A stretch of DNA of 64,000 nt from a virus. The notes under the pieces were generated by a model. The model was given only the letters and a program-made list of their open reading frames with translations, ran no database searches and was not told the origin of the DNA. The DNA lies in the IMG/VR virus record IMGVR_UViG_3300032069_000005, positions 1-64,000 of that record. One strand, 5' to 3'. The position numbers were made by a program, and so were the translations under genes. Below are positions 1-10,734 of the stretch, one piece after another; the first letter of the stretch is position 1; each line of letters starts with the position of its first letter.

Positions 1-16
1 CGTGGCAGAATAGATA

Positions 17-37
17 TGTTATACTTTAGGTAGAAGG
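17..37 (+). promoter_or_regulatory. Extended -10 promoter (TGn-TATACT) followed by GTAGAAGG motif
   Basis: TGT-TATACT at 17-25 then TTAG-GTAGAAGG; same architecture at 2397-2417 and 10399-10417. Confidence 0.55.
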
Positions 38-251
38 CGTAGAAAGATAGAGTTAGTCGGCTATCGCAAAACAAGGATAAGGCTGACTTAAAAGCATACC
101 CCTTGCCTTATTTTTTTAAAATAGGAGATAATAAAATGAGAATTTTTAATCTAAACAAAGTATATAATATAGTATGTAATTGGCAAAAAACAAAAACGGT
201 TGTTATATATCCATAGAATATAGCGAAGTGATAATAAGGGAGGGCTAATAA

Positions 252-812
252 ATGTTATACAGAGCCAAAGCAGATAAAGACGAAGGCGTTAAAGGATGTA
301 AACAAGTAGGAAGCGGCGATATATTTGGTTATGAATTAGTTAATACTTTTTTTGTTGATAATAGCGGTTTTGGTGGTGAGGGGATTGCATTGGATTTTAA
401 GGAATTTTTAAACAAAATTAGGGCTGGTTTTTATTATGGCATAACATCCGCCGGACAATTTCAAGTTTATATAGGCGAATTTAAACGAATATCAAGAGCC
501 AAGATATTCAAAGAGCAAGAAATTGCCAGCAGTAAACTAATTAGTAAGTCTTGCAGGGTAATTAATTATATTAATGGCGATAAAACTATTCGGTTATATA
601 CTACGGATATTTTACAATATAAGGGAGATAAGATTATTTTTAATTCTGGCGGTTATAAAACAGTTACCACAAAAAGCCGAATAAATCAATTTTTACCAGC
701 CGGAGTATATTTATATCAAAAAGATTACGAATGGTATATCGCAGACAATCGCAAAAAAAACATAGAAGGTGTTACTAAATTTTTTAATGGTATAGAATTG
801 CCAAGATATTAA
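252..812 (+). CDS. hypothetical phage protein
   Basis: 186-aa ORF, GGGAGGG SD upstream; no recognised motif. Confidence 0.7.
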   Translation: MLYRAKADKDEGVKGCKQVGSGDIFGYELVNTFFVDNSGFGGEGIALDFKEFLNKIRAGFYYGITSAGQFQVYIGEFKRISRAKIFKEQEIASSKLISKSCRVINYINGDKTIRLYTTDILQYKGDKIIFNSGGYKTVTTKSRINQFLPAGVYLYQKDYEWYIADNRKKNIEGVTKFFNGIELPRY

Positions 813-813
813 A

Positions 814-842
814 CAAGAGGCAGGGCGTTCCCTTGCCTTCTT
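814..842 (+). terminator. intergenic GC hairpin, possible terminator or processing site
   Basis: AAGAGGCAGGG-cgtt-CCCTTGCCTTCTT just after a stop codon; the core CCCTTGCCT also occurs in the hairpin region at ~77-118. Confidence 0.4.
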
Positions 843-1082
843 ATAAAAAAGGAGAATGAGATTATGTTAGAAATAACCGAAACAGACAAAATTATAATAG
901 GTAATAATATCGCAGATATTTTATTGTTAAAAGAAGATAGGGGATATAATCCCAAAAGATATAAAACTTCCTGGGGCAATAAAAGTGCTTTGGGAATATA
1001 TGAAGTTGTGAATAGACTATTTGAAGAAAAAGAATTTAGAATAATAAAGTTAGGGCAGATATACTAAAAGGGGGAATAAAAA

Positions 1083-1697
1083 ATGATTAATAAAAAAATA
1101 ACTTATGTTAGTGATGAAGGATTTGAATTTACTTTTGAACCGATTGAAGATACTTTAAAAATAAAGAAAATAAAAGACGGATTTGAAGCCAGATATTTAA
1201 CGCCGGATAATGACCCACAGAATCCTTTTGAAAACGGCGAAGGTAATGGGAATTTTTTTCATTGGAAGGATAGGGGAAGGGAAGAATTACTTAAATATTG
1301 CGAAGCTCTGGGCTATGACCCAGAAACAAGAGAAAAAATCGGCAAGGGAAATCCCGACGCTGTAAAAATAGATAAATACGAACATTCCAGCGTTTCTTAT
1401 TCTATTTCCGGCGAAGGTAGGCAATGTCAATGGGACACTTCGTCTGCTTGGGCGGTATGGCTACCAGACAATTGCCTATTAGACGAATTAAAGAAATTAA
1501 AGGGTAACGTCAGGCATAAGAAATGTATTGAATATGCAAGGCAAGCGTGCGAATTATTTAATCAATGGGCGAATGGGGATGTTTATTGTATTGTAAAAGA
1601 AACATACGATAAAAAGAAAAGCCCGATTGATTATGAGATAGTGGGTGGCATTTTTGGCAGAGATTATGCAGAGAAGGCATTAGAAACCGATATATAA
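1083..1697 (+). CDS. hypothetical phage protein
   Basis: 204-aa ORF with AGGGGG SD. Confidence 0.7.
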   Translation: MINKKITYVSDEGFEFTFEPIEDTLKIKKIKDGFEARYLTPDNDPQNPFENGEGNGNFFHWKDRGREELLKYCEALGYDPETREKIGKGNPDAVKIDKYEHSSVSYSISGEGRQCQWDTSSAWAVWLPDNCLLDELKKLKGNVRHKKCIEYARQACELFNQWANGDVYCIVKETYDKKKSPIDYEIVGGIFGRDYAEKALETDI

Positions 1698-1788
1698 AGG
1701 GGGATAATATGATTAGGTGCGGAAATCCAGAAATATTTTGTAATGAACGCCGTAGAGGATATTGCGAAAATGAAAATCAAGTAATTAA

Positions 1789-2175
1789 ATGACCCAGACT
1801 TACGCCAATTATTATAAGGCATACCGGAAGAAACGCCAGGAGCAAGACCCAGGCTATTTATCAGAGTATAGAAGAAAATATTATGATTATCTCAAAATAA
1901 ATAAGAAATGGCTCTTGCATTGGAAATGGGCTAAAGAACGCTGTAATAGAGTTAATGCCCCTAATTATCCGGCTTATGGCGGTAGAGGGATTAAATTTCT
2001 TTTGAGTAAAAAAGAAGCGAGGTTATTATGGGAAAGAGATAAGGCAGACCAATTATGGCGAGCAAGTTTAGACCGGATAGACCGGAACGGAAATTATGAA
2101 TTTGATAATTGCCGATTTATTGAGCATAAAACAAATTCTGGAAAGGATAAGAAAAAGGAGAGATATAAATGTTGA
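1789..2175 (+). CDS. HNH-type homing endonuclease
   Basis: RC..NAPNYPAYGGRGIK and SLDRIDRNGNYEFDNCRFI motifs typical of phage HNH endonucleases. Confidence 0.75.
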   Translation: MTQTYANYYKAYRKKRQEQDPGYLSEYRRKYYDYLKINKKWLLHWKWAKERCNRVNAPNYPAYGGRGIKFLLSKKEARLLWERDKADQLWRASLDRIDRNGNYEFDNCRFIEHKTNSGKDKKKERYKC

Positions 2176-2375
2176 GAATTAGATTAAAGAAAAAATTTTT
2201 ATATAAAGTTATAGATAAGGACAGAATGATTGAATATCATTGCCGATATACTTATTTAGATATTGGTTATAAAGGCAGTATTTATTTTATAACTATTACT
2301 CAAGAGGATTGGTGTAATTCATTTCTTGGGGCTACAATGCGGTGGAATAGTGGATTTTAATACAGAAAAAATCTC

Positions 2376-2417
2376 TTGTTAATATTATTACATTTGTGTT
2401 ATACTTATAGTAGGAGG
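2376..2417 (+). promoter_or_regulatory. sigma70-like promoter
   Basis: TTGTTA-18-TATACT with TGn extension, followed by TATA-GTAGGAGG. Confidence 0.55.
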
Positions 2418-2505
2418 TATATATGACTTTCTTAAAACGATTTTATCAATGGCTGGATAATTTATTGACTTCTATTTGTTAAGAGATAATGAGGAGAAAT
2501 AGATA

Positions 2506-3081
2506 ATGGGCAGAAGAAAAGGCTCAAAAAATAAACCTAAAATAATAACGCCTTCTTTAGAAAATCTTGAAGATGAACAAAGAGAACAGGTAGCTCCTGC
2601 GGATAGTATTGAAATAAAAAATCTCACTCCTGGCAATGATACTAAACAGGAATTAGGGGATATTCCTCCTATTATAAAGAGAGGTAGAGGCAGACCGAGA
2701 AAGAATCCGGTAGGAGAAGAAAGTGTAAAAGTGATTATAGGAGAAAAAATCTCCGTAGTAAATAGCCCTTCTCCTATATATACCAATATAAAGAATCTCA
2801 AAAGAGAAATACGCCAGCTAAAGAAACTTAAATTGCAATGTAGAGCCGGAAGCTCAGAAAGAATAAAATTACATCATAAGATTAAAGGAATGAAAATCCA
2901 ATTGGCTGAATTAAAGAAACAAAAAAATATTGCCCCAATAGAGCCAATAAAAGAAATAGATACCAAAAAATATAATAAAATAAATTTTACCGGAGAGTTA
3001 AGCCCACAAACAATTGAAAGGTTTAAAAAGAATTTTGGGATTGAATTTATTAATATAGGATATATGAGGGAGGATAAATGA
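2506..3081 (+). CDS. AT-hook-containing basic DNA-binding protein
   Basis: N-terminal GRRKGSKNK and internal KRGRGRPRK (AT-hook); C-terminal coiled coil. Confidence 0.6.
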   Translation: MGRRKGSKNKPKIITPSLENLEDEQREQVAPADSIEIKNLTPGNDTKQELGDIPPIIKRGRGRPRKNPVGEESVKVIIGEKISVVNSPSPIYTNIKNLKREIRQLKKLKLQCRAGSSERIKLHHKIKGMKIQLAELKKQKNIAPIEPIKEIDTKKYNKINFTGELSPQTIERFKKNFGIEFINIGYMREDK

Positions 3082-3836
3082 GAAAAACAATTTTTTGGTT
3101 AGTAATAATTGGGATTTTATTATTTACTTCTTTGGGATATTGTGCTAATTATAATGTGCAAAGTAATACACCACAAAATAATCAGGGTTATATTTTTATT
3201 AGCACTGGGCAGAAGCAAGGAGGCACAGAAATAGGCACTTGGACAGACCCAATTACAATACCGACTTTAAAGGGAGATAAAGGAGACCAGGGAATTCAAG
3301 GTATAGCCGGAAAGGATGGTTATACGCCTATTAAAAATATTGATTATTTTGATGGAGTAAATGGGGCAGATGGTTTAAATGGAAAAGATGTAGACCCCGC
3401 AACAGTTACTAATTTACAAAATGAAGATAATATTTTAGATAAAAAAATAATAGATATTGGTGATTTTAATAGTTATGTAAATAATAGACAAGATAATCAA
3501 TTACAAGACCACGAAAATAGGATAAATGCGTTAGAGGAAACTCAATACAATGTTGAAAGTGCAGTAAGAATATTAGATACCAAAAAAACTACATTGGAAA
3601 TTTATAATACATATGATATAAGGCACTCCAGAGAAATAGCAATAGGTATTCGGGTTATATATAAGTTAGGCAAATCATATCAAGATAGAGTGAATGAAAA
3701 AATAGAAACAAGATTGTCTAATTTAGAAAAAACATTAGACAATTCTCCTATAATTACGAAAGTAGTAGATATAAAAGGAAATACTAAATCTGTTCGGATA
3801 ACTGAAAATGGTTTAAAGATTGAAGGAGGATTTTAA
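3078..3836 (+). CDS. secreted/membrane protein with short collagen-like repeat and coiled coil
   Basis: hydrophobic signal peptide; GDKGDQGIQGIAGKDG (GXY) repeat. Confidence 0.6.
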   Translation: MRKTIFWLVIIGILLFTSLGYCANYNVQSNTPQNNQGYIFISTGQKQGGTEIGTWTDPITIPTLKGDKGDQGIQGIAGKDGYTPIKNIDYFDGVNGADGLNGKDVDPATVTNLQNEDNILDKKIIDIGDFNSYVNNRQDNQLQDHENRINALEETQYNVESAVRILDTKKTTLEIYNTYDIRHSREIAIGIRVIYKLGKSYQDRVNEKIETRLSNLEKTLDNSPIITKVVDIKGNTKSVRITENGLKIEGGF

Positions 3837-4302
3837 AATGATGAAGAATTGTTTTAAATCTAATATTTTTGTTCCAGATAATTATCCTGAAGTATTTTTT
3901 GACGAATTTTTATTGAGATGCAGAACTTGTGATAAATTTGAAATCTGCAGAGAAATAATAGAAAGAAAAAAATGTTTAAAGTAGCTTTCGTAACTTATAA
4001 ATCTGGTGTAATGCCCCTTAAATCTTTTGAGACAAAAGATGAGGCGGATAACTATATTCTGGAAATAGCCGAAAAGGAGTTGGGGATAAAGACCGGATAT
4101 ATAGAAGATACAGTAACCGGAAAAAGAGAAAAGATAGAGGATTTAAGATGAAAATCTATCGTTGTTGTATAGGAATTCACAAAAAATATAGATGTTTTGT
4201 TATTAGTATTTATAGGTTGAAGATTGAGATTATTTCTTTTGGAAGAAAAAGAATGTATTGTATTTCTTGGAATGATTGGGGCGAATAATAAGGAGGCTCA
4301 CA

Positions 4303-4710
4303 ATGGCTAAAAACGCTGGCTTTACCTGGCATTGTCATCACACTGTTTTATTAGAGTTTTGTTACGACTACAATAAAAGAAAAAACATTATTAAAACTAC
4401 TAAATCCAAAAACGAAATAGAAACTCGCTTACGCCTATTTAAATTTGTTAAAGGCAAACTCCCCGGTGGAATTATTAAGACTGGGCAAAAGCAAGCAAAA
4501 GCTTGGCAGAAGTGGCAGGAGGCTTGGGTCTCGTGCGGCACGTCTTGGCAGGAATACAATGAAGCTTGGCTGAAATACAATGCAGTGGGGCAGGAATGGA
4601 AAAAAGCTTTATCTAAATATAAAAACCGTTTAGAAGCCCTACACAAACAAGAATGTGGATGTAAGGAATGGAACGGAAAAGAGATAGTATTCCCAAAAGA
4701 AATAAAATGA
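4303..4710 (+). CDS. HxHH...CGC heptad-repeat protein (paralog of 11459-12010)
   Basis: AGGAGG SD before ATG 4303; WHCHH, RLRLFK, Trp heptads, HKQECGCKEWNGKEIVFPK. Confidence 0.7.
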   Translation: MAKNAGFTWHCHHTVLLEFCYDYNKRKNIIKTTKSKNEIETRLRLFKFVKGKLPGGIIKTGQKQAKAWQKWQEAWVSCGTSWQEYNEAWLKYNAVGQEWKKALSKYKNRLEALHKQECGCKEWNGKEIVFPKEIK

Positions 4711-5012
4711 TAATTAAATTTTATTGTGATAATGGGCACTGGTTTACCAAGACCGATGCCGAATTAAGAGAAGAAAAACAGTCTCAAAGATTCTGTAATT
4801 TATGCGGAAAAAAATTGCACATTGAACAACAAAGTTTAGAGAATGTAATAACTTTTGATTTAGAAGAGCAAATTAAAAATAATATTGATTCTTCTGTGGC
4901 TAAAATTGGATGGGACAATACTCTTGATATAATCCAAAGAAATAAAAACCAGGCGTGTTACAGATTATATAAAATTGAATTAGAAAAAAGAGGGTTTAAA
5001 ATAAATGAATAA
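4707..5012 (+). CDS. small zinc-ribbon protein
   Basis: CDNGH...CNLC; probable ATGA-overlap start at 4707. Confidence 0.5.
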   Translation: MIIKFYCDNGHWFTKTDAELREEKQSQRFCNLCGKKLHIEQQSLENVITFDLEEQIKNNIDSSVAKIGWDNTLDIIQRNKNQACYRLYKIELEKRGFKINE

Positions 5013-5706
5013 ATGCAAATGCGGAATAAAAATGCATAATATTTTAGATTATTTAGATAAAGAATCAGAAAGAAATCCAGATAGATTTCAATTAACTAAA
5101 TCCGCAGTATTAAAAATAGAACAGGCGATAATAGATACTGGATTAGATTTTGATGATTCTTGGGCAGAATTTAAAACTAATGGATTATTAAATAACTATC
5201 GGGGAATTCCGATAGAAATAGTGGAGGAAAAATGAGTTTACCAAAACCAAAAAGCAAATATGGATATAGTCAAAAAGAAGTTGAAATTATCTGTCAAGAA
5301 AGAAATATAAAAATTAAAGATTTTTGGAGAGCATTTGGCGTAAAGACGGTAATTGTTGAAGAGGGAGAAAACAGATATTTTATCTGTGATATAGAGCGAA
5401 CATTATATAAACTAAATTGTAAAGATGGAAAATTTCATTTACGGGATTAAAATAAAATGAATAATATTTGGACTTTAGATTTAGATACTGTCATTGAAAT
5501 TTATGATTTGGCTATGGCTCACGGAAAGAAGCCAGGAGATAGTATGCAGGAAGAATTTGACGAAGTATTAAAAAATAAACCGGATAGATTTACTTTTTTA
5601 GGTAATATTGGAGAAGATATGGATGTAGATTTATTAGTTGGCAATCTTCGTGAGAAAGGATTAAAAATATTAAATCTAAAAGAGACTGATAGGAGAAATC
5701 AATATA

Positions 5707-6093
5707 ATGGGCGAAATAATTTATAAATTACCCAAAGGCGTAGAATTATCAGACCACGTTAAAGAAAAGGCACTGGCTTATTTGGATATTCGTCTTTGTG
5801 GAATACATTATTACATTCCCATTACTAAAGAAATTAAAAAGCAGTTTAATTTAATAGAAAGAAAGGGAAAATTAACTCCTACTAATTGGAAAGCGTTTAG
5901 AAGATTAAGTGATATTATGCAACTTACGATTGATAGTATATATTTACAAGTGCGTGATGTAGTTTGTGCTGGAATAGAAGAATCTTTAGACCAAGAGTTA
6001 AAAGAAGGATTTTCTAAATTATTTGATAATTTTATTCATAAAAGAGTAAATGCAGAAATGACTAAAAAGCTACCTAAATCGGAGAAGAAATGA
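5707..6093 (+). CDS. hypothetical protein
   Basis: 128-aa ORF with AGGAG SD in a run of coupled small ORFs. Confidence 0.6.
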   Translation: MGEIIYKLPKGVELSDHVKEKALAYLDIRLCGIHYYIPITKEIKKQFNLIERKGKLTPTNWKAFRRLSDIMQLTIDSIYLQVRDVVCAGIEESLDQELKEGFSKLFDNFIHKRVNAEMTKKLPKSEKK

Positions 6094-6787
6094 AAAATAA
6101 AGATAAATATTATTCTAAAAATAAACGATGTAAATGTGGCAGATTAATCCGGAATTATTCTAAACAATGTAAAAAATGTCATTTAAAAAAATTGTCATTG
6201 TTTAGAAATAAATATTGTTTGAGAGAGAAATCTTTTTCTATATTATGTAGAATCTGTAAAAACAAAACAAATTGATAAATATGTTGCTTGGTTCAAAAGG
6301 AATTATTTATGATTTTTGATAATAAAAAAGAAAATATATATTGTCCTATCTGTCAGAAATGGATAGATAAGTTGGCAGGAACTTTAATTTTAGAAACAAT
6401 AGTTTATTGTATTTTTTGTTACAATGAAGAAAAAAACATAAAATCTTATTTAGGTTATATATGGGATTTAACGCCTTGTCAATATTTATTTGAAGGTAAC
6501 TGGTGCTTGAAACAAAATAAAATGATTGATTGTAATGGCAAAGAAGAAGGATGTAAATTTTTAGGGGAGGAAGAATGAAAGTAAAAGACTTGAAATTAAT
6601 TTTAAATGCTTTTCATAATGATTGCCCTATTGAATTTGAAGATGAAAACGGAAAGAGGCATACTATTTCTAATATTAAATCCGATAGTTGCCTTGTATTT
6701 TGGACTATGCTTTTAAGTGAAAGAAATTTTGATAAAAGAAAAGATGGGCAGGAAATTATTTGGCATAATTAATTTGATAGGTGATAA

Positions 6788-7825
6788 ATGAGTTTTTTAA
6801 ATTCTATATATGATGTATTGGGAATTTCTTTTCTTATGGAGAGAGAGCATAAGACCGAACAATATGAAGCAGAGCCGGAAACTGCCCCAGAAGAAAAGAA
6901 AGAAGTAATTATTCAAGAAATAAAACCAATTAAATTTATTTATAGACCAGATACACTCGAAAAATATATTGGTCAAATTCAAGCTAAAAAATTAGTAAGA
7001 ATGGCTTCGAATGTTATAATTAATAAGAAACCGTTGCATTTTTTGATTAGTGGACACGCAGGTATGGGGAAAACCACATTAGCACAAATTATAGGAAAAG
7101 GGCAATTAGGATATAATTTTTATTCTTATATTGGCAATTCATTTACTCAAGATACTTTAAAAGATTTTTTAATTAAGAATGAGGAAAGTGCCAGACCAAG
7201 TGTTTTATTTTTAGATGAAATTCATTCTGCTGATAAAGAAATTTTAGAATTTATGCTTCCAATAATTGAAGATTTTAAATTAAATGAAATAAAACTATCT
7301 CCATTCGTGATGATATGTGCTACAAATGAAAAGAGCGTTTTATTGAGAAAATCAAAACCCTTTTGTGATAGAATACAAATACAAGTTCAATTAGAAGATT
7401 ATAATGCAGAAGATATTAAAATAATATTAAAACAATATACTCAACAAGTCTATGATATAGAAATATCAGAAGAAGTTTATGATATATTATCGGTTAATAC
7501 TCGATATAATCCACGCATTTCCATTGCTTATATGGATTTATACATTGGTTGTAGAGATATTAAAACTGTTTTAGAAGCCAATCGAGTTATAAAAGATGGA
7601 ATAACGGATATAGATTTAAAGATATTGAATCATCTTAATTCTACTAATGGGAAACCGATAGGCGAGCAAGCATTATCAGTAATTGCAAATGTAGAGAGAA
7701 TAGATTATGTGGAATTACTTGAACCTTATCTTATGAGGAGAGATTTAATTTCTCGCACAAGTAGAGGAAGAATACTCACTGAGCAAGGGAAAATATTTTT
7801 ACAAGAATTAAAAAATGAAAAATAA
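6788..7825 (+). CDS. ruvB: RuvB-like Holliday junction branch-migration AAA+ ATPase
   Basis: RPDTLEKYIGQ, Walker A GHAGMGKTT, Walker B LFLDEIH, CATN sensor, EPYL...RTSRGRILT winged-helix C-terminus. Confidence 0.85.
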   Translation: MSFLNSIYDVLGISFLMEREHKTEQYEAEPETAPEEKKEVIIQEIKPIKFIYRPDTLEKYIGQIQAKKLVRMASNVIINKKPLHFLISGHAGMGKTTLAQIIGKGQLGYNFYSYIGNSFTQDTLKDFLIKNEESARPSVLFLDEIHSADKEILEFMLPIIEDFKLNEIKLSPFVMICATNEKSVLLRKSKPFCDRIQIQVQLEDYNAEDIKIILKQYTQQVYDIEISEEVYDILSVNTRYNPRISIAYMDLYIGCRDIKTVLEANRVIKDGITDIDLKILNHLNSTNGKPIGEQALSVIANVERIDYVELLEPYLMRRDLISRTSRGRILTEQGKIFLQELKNEK

Positions 7826-8420
7826 ATACTGTAAATTATGTAACAAATTATTTAATCCTACGGGGCAGAATCAAAAATATTGTTCTAAATTATGTTATAA
7901 ATTAACTCGTAAAAAATACATTCATAATTGGCGAAAAAATCATCCCGATTATAGTAAAAAATATTCTAAACTCCACAAAAAAGAAATCAATGAATATAAT
8001 AAAAAATTTTGTAAAGATTGCGGCAAAGCAGTATTTGGACACGATAAAAATATAAAGAGATGTAAAAGGTGTTCAAATATTAAAAATATGTCTATTAGAG
8101 ATTATACTGGAAAAAATAATCCTAATTTTAATAATCATATTTTAAAAGGCAGATTTAAAGGAAAGAAAAATCCGATGTATGGCAAACCTGCCCAAAGTCA
8201 TAATACAAAAAATACAATAGTTGAACATCATATAGATTTAAATAAAATTAATCACAAAAAAAATAATAAATTATTTTTAACCCACAGTATTCATTCGAAA
8301 TTACATCAACGAGCATATGAATACTTGGTAAAAAAAGAATTGGTTCGTAAATATATCAAATGGTTTTTTAAAAATAAACTCAATAATAAAGAAAAACAAC
8401 TATTACAGGAGATTAAATGA
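7815..8420 (+). CDS. free-standing HNH homing endonuclease with zinc-ribbon/NUMOD3-like motifs
   Basis: CxxC pairs, GKNNPNF/GKKNPMYG, HHIDLNKINH..N...H..H. Confidence 0.7.
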   Translation: MKNKYCKLCNKLFNPTGQNQKYCSKLCYKLTRKKYIHNWRKNHPDYSKKYSKLHKKEINEYNKKFCKDCGKAVFGHDKNIKRCKRCSNIKNMSIRDYTGKNNPNFNNHILKGRFKGKKNPMYGKPAQSHNTKNTIVEHHIDLNKINHKKNNKLFLTHSIHSKLHQRAYEYLVKKELVRKYIKWFFKNKLNNKEKQLLQEIK

Positions 8421-8624
8421 AAGAACAGATTAAACTAACTCTAAATGATATTGATGATGTTCCTAAAACTTTTAATGCAATTGCGAGTGTAATAGAATCA
8501 ATAGTGCTATATTATGTAACTCAAAAGAAAGAGCAGGAATTAAGGGCATTTATTCTTGGGCTTGCTGTTTATGCTGGAAGTTTAATGCAGATGTTTGGAT
8601 ATACCGAAGAGGATGATAAAGATT

Positions 8625-9458
8625 ATGGAGATTCTAATCCGATATAAAGAATTTTTATTAGCCAGGAAGCAATCAGCAAATTATTATAATATAGTGCGTA
8701 TTTTTTTGGGTTATTTAGAAGAACAAAAAATAGATTATGCCAAAATTACGCAGGAGACAATTACTAATTTTTTTAATGCTCATCCCGAATATAGTAAAAA
8801 TACTCTTACACAAAATATAAAAGCGGGCAGGCATTTTTATACTCAATTTTTACAAGTGCCTAAAGAACAGAATGAGTGGTATAAAATTAAATATATAAAA
8901 AGTCCCAGAAGAACTCCTAAATTTTTAACTCCAGAAGAATTGGGAGAGATAATTAGTAAATTTTGTTCTTATGAGAATAGATTAATGCCTCCATATAAAG
9001 TCAGAGTATTTACTACTTTTATGTATATGACTGGATTAAGGAAAAACGAAATTTTAAATCTTAAACGAACCGATATTAATTTTGGCATTGAAGAAAAGAA
9101 AAATAAATGCACCATAAAAATAATAGGCAAAGGTGATAAAGAGAGATTTGTGTATTTTTCTGATAAGTATTCCCCAGGGCTAAGGCAACAACTAATTGAT
9201 TATTTTCAGACCGAACCGGAAATCCAAAATGCCTTTAATTTAACTCTTGGGCAAGTCAATTACTTTGTAAGAAAAATGAATAAATATTTAGTAGAAAGAA
9301 AGATAACTCCACATCTATTCCGTCATTCGTTTGCGAAGTATCTTTTAGATAAAGGAGTGCCAATAACATATATTTCCCAGATGTTAGGGCATAGTTCAAT
9401 CGCCACTACAATGATATATCTAAATCCGACAGAAGAGCAGATTAAGAATTGTTTTTAA
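8625..9458 (+). CDS. tyrosine recombinase (XerC/D-like)
   Basis: TGLRKNE (R), GKGDKER (K), HLFRHS (HxxR), LGHSS...TMIY catalytic residues; likely start MEILIRY. Confidence 0.9.
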   Translation: MEILIRYKEFLLARKQSANYYNIVRIFLGYLEEQKIDYAKITQETITNFFNAHPEYSKNTLTQNIKAGRHFYTQFLQVPKEQNEWYKIKYIKSPRRTPKFLTPEELGEIISKFCSYENRLMPPYKVRVFTTFMYMTGLRKNEILNLKRTDINFGIEEKKNKCTIKIIGKGDKERFVYFSDKYSPGLRQQLIDYFQTEPEIQNAFNLTLGQVNYFVRKMNKYLVERKITPHLFRHSFAKYLLDKGVPITYISQMLGHSSIATTMIYLNPTEEQIKNCF

Positions 9459-9659
9459 ATCGGAAAGATTTTGGAAACAGAAAGAAGTAATTAATGTGGA
9501 AAGAATGTTTTAATTGCGGATTAAAATTTCAGGAAGATTTTATTAAGGATGAAATATTAATTGCTTTATGTAAAGCACGCCATCTGGATTTTTGTTCAAT
9601 GGAATGTTATGATAATTATGAAGCAGAACATATTAAATTTTTAGATAACGAAGGAGTGA

Positions 9660-10388
9660 ATGATGAATAATTTGACTGAAAAAGTTGTTAATTATAAAAA
9701 AACAAATGACAAGAATTTATTAGAAGAAATTTTTGAATTATTACAATCTACAATAAAAGAAAAAGCCAAGTTTATTTATTCTCAAAAATGGTTTCCTAAT
9801 AATTTATATATTAAATGCAAATATTGCCAAAAATGTAAATATAATAAAGAAGATGACTCAATAATAAAAGAATTTGAAAAAAGGAAGATATGCGAAAAGT
9901 GTGTTGATTGCACTTGCAAGAGAGGATATTTTAATTTAAAAACCAATAATTTATGCCATTACAAAGATGTAGAGCAAGACTTATTTCTGGAAGTTTTGAG
10001 ATTAATTAATGAATTCGATATAAAAATAGGCGATTTTGATTCTTATCTGTTTTGCTCGTTATGGAATTGGCGACCTAGTTTTATAACACTTGATTTTGTA
10101 GAAAACATAAATCATCATTCATTATTTAAACAAAATGAAGATGGGGAAGACATAATTTTGGAAAAAGAAGATAAGGCAGATGGGAATCAAATTAAATCAA
10201 ATTTAAATATAGAAGATATTTTCAATGAATGTAAAACAGCGAATGAAAGAAAAATATGCAATTTATTATTTGAAAATCCCAATATGACAATGCGGGAATT
10301 GGGGGAAAAATTAAAAATGACCAAACAAAATATTTATTTGATTTTAAAGAAGTTACGAAAAAGAATAAAAAATCACTTGACAAAATGA
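9660..10388 (+). CDS. sigma70-family-like RNA polymerase sigma factor with Cys-rich insertion
   Basis: region-2-like DVEQDLFLEVLRLINEFD..FDSY and region-4 HTH MTMRELGEKLKMTKQNIYLILKKLRK. Confidence 0.65.
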   Translation: MMNNLTEKVVNYKKTNDKNLLEEIFELLQSTIKEKAKFIYSQKWFPNNLYIKCKYCQKCKYNKEDDSIIKEFEKRKICEKCVDCTCKRGYFNLKTNNLCHYKDVEQDLFLEVLRLINEFDIKIGDFDSYLFCSLWNWRPSFITLDFVENINHHSLFKQNEDGEDIILEKEDKADGNQIKSNLNIEDIFNECKTANERKICNLLFENPNMTMRELGEKLKMTKQNIYLILKKLRKRIKNHLTK

Positions 10389-10417
10389 GAAATTGATATA
10401 TACTTAGTAGTAGAAGG
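10377..10417 (+). promoter_or_regulatory. near-consensus sigma70 promoter
   Basis: TTGACA (10377-82), 16 nt, TATACT (10399-404), then TAGTA-GTAGAAGG. Confidence 0.7.
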
Positions 10418-10532
10418 ACAACGAGAATGACTAAGAGCCAAAAAGAGCCAAAAATAAGTGAAGTAATAATAAAATGAGATTTTAATTTTTTTTAATTTGA
10501 TTTATTCAAATAAAATTTTTTGAAGGAATAAT

Positions 10533-10730
10533 ATGAATTTTTTATCAGTTTATAGAAAAGCAAAAAAATTAACTCAATTTGATGTTGCTAAAATTTTAGG
10601 CATTACCGATACACTTATTTGTAAATGGGAAACAGGTAAGATTATACCTACAAATGAACAAATTGTTAAATTAAGTGAAATTTATGGAGTAGGAGTAAAA
10701 AAATTATTTCCTGAATTATTTGGAGAATAA
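10533..10730 (+). CDS. XRE-family helix-turn-helix regulator
   Basis: RKAKKLTQFDVAKILGIT...KWETGKIIP. Confidence 0.85.
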   Translation: MNFLSVYRKAKKLTQFDVAKILGITDTLICKWETGKIIPTNEQIVKLSEIYGVGVKKLFPELFGE

Positions 10731-10734
10731 TAAA

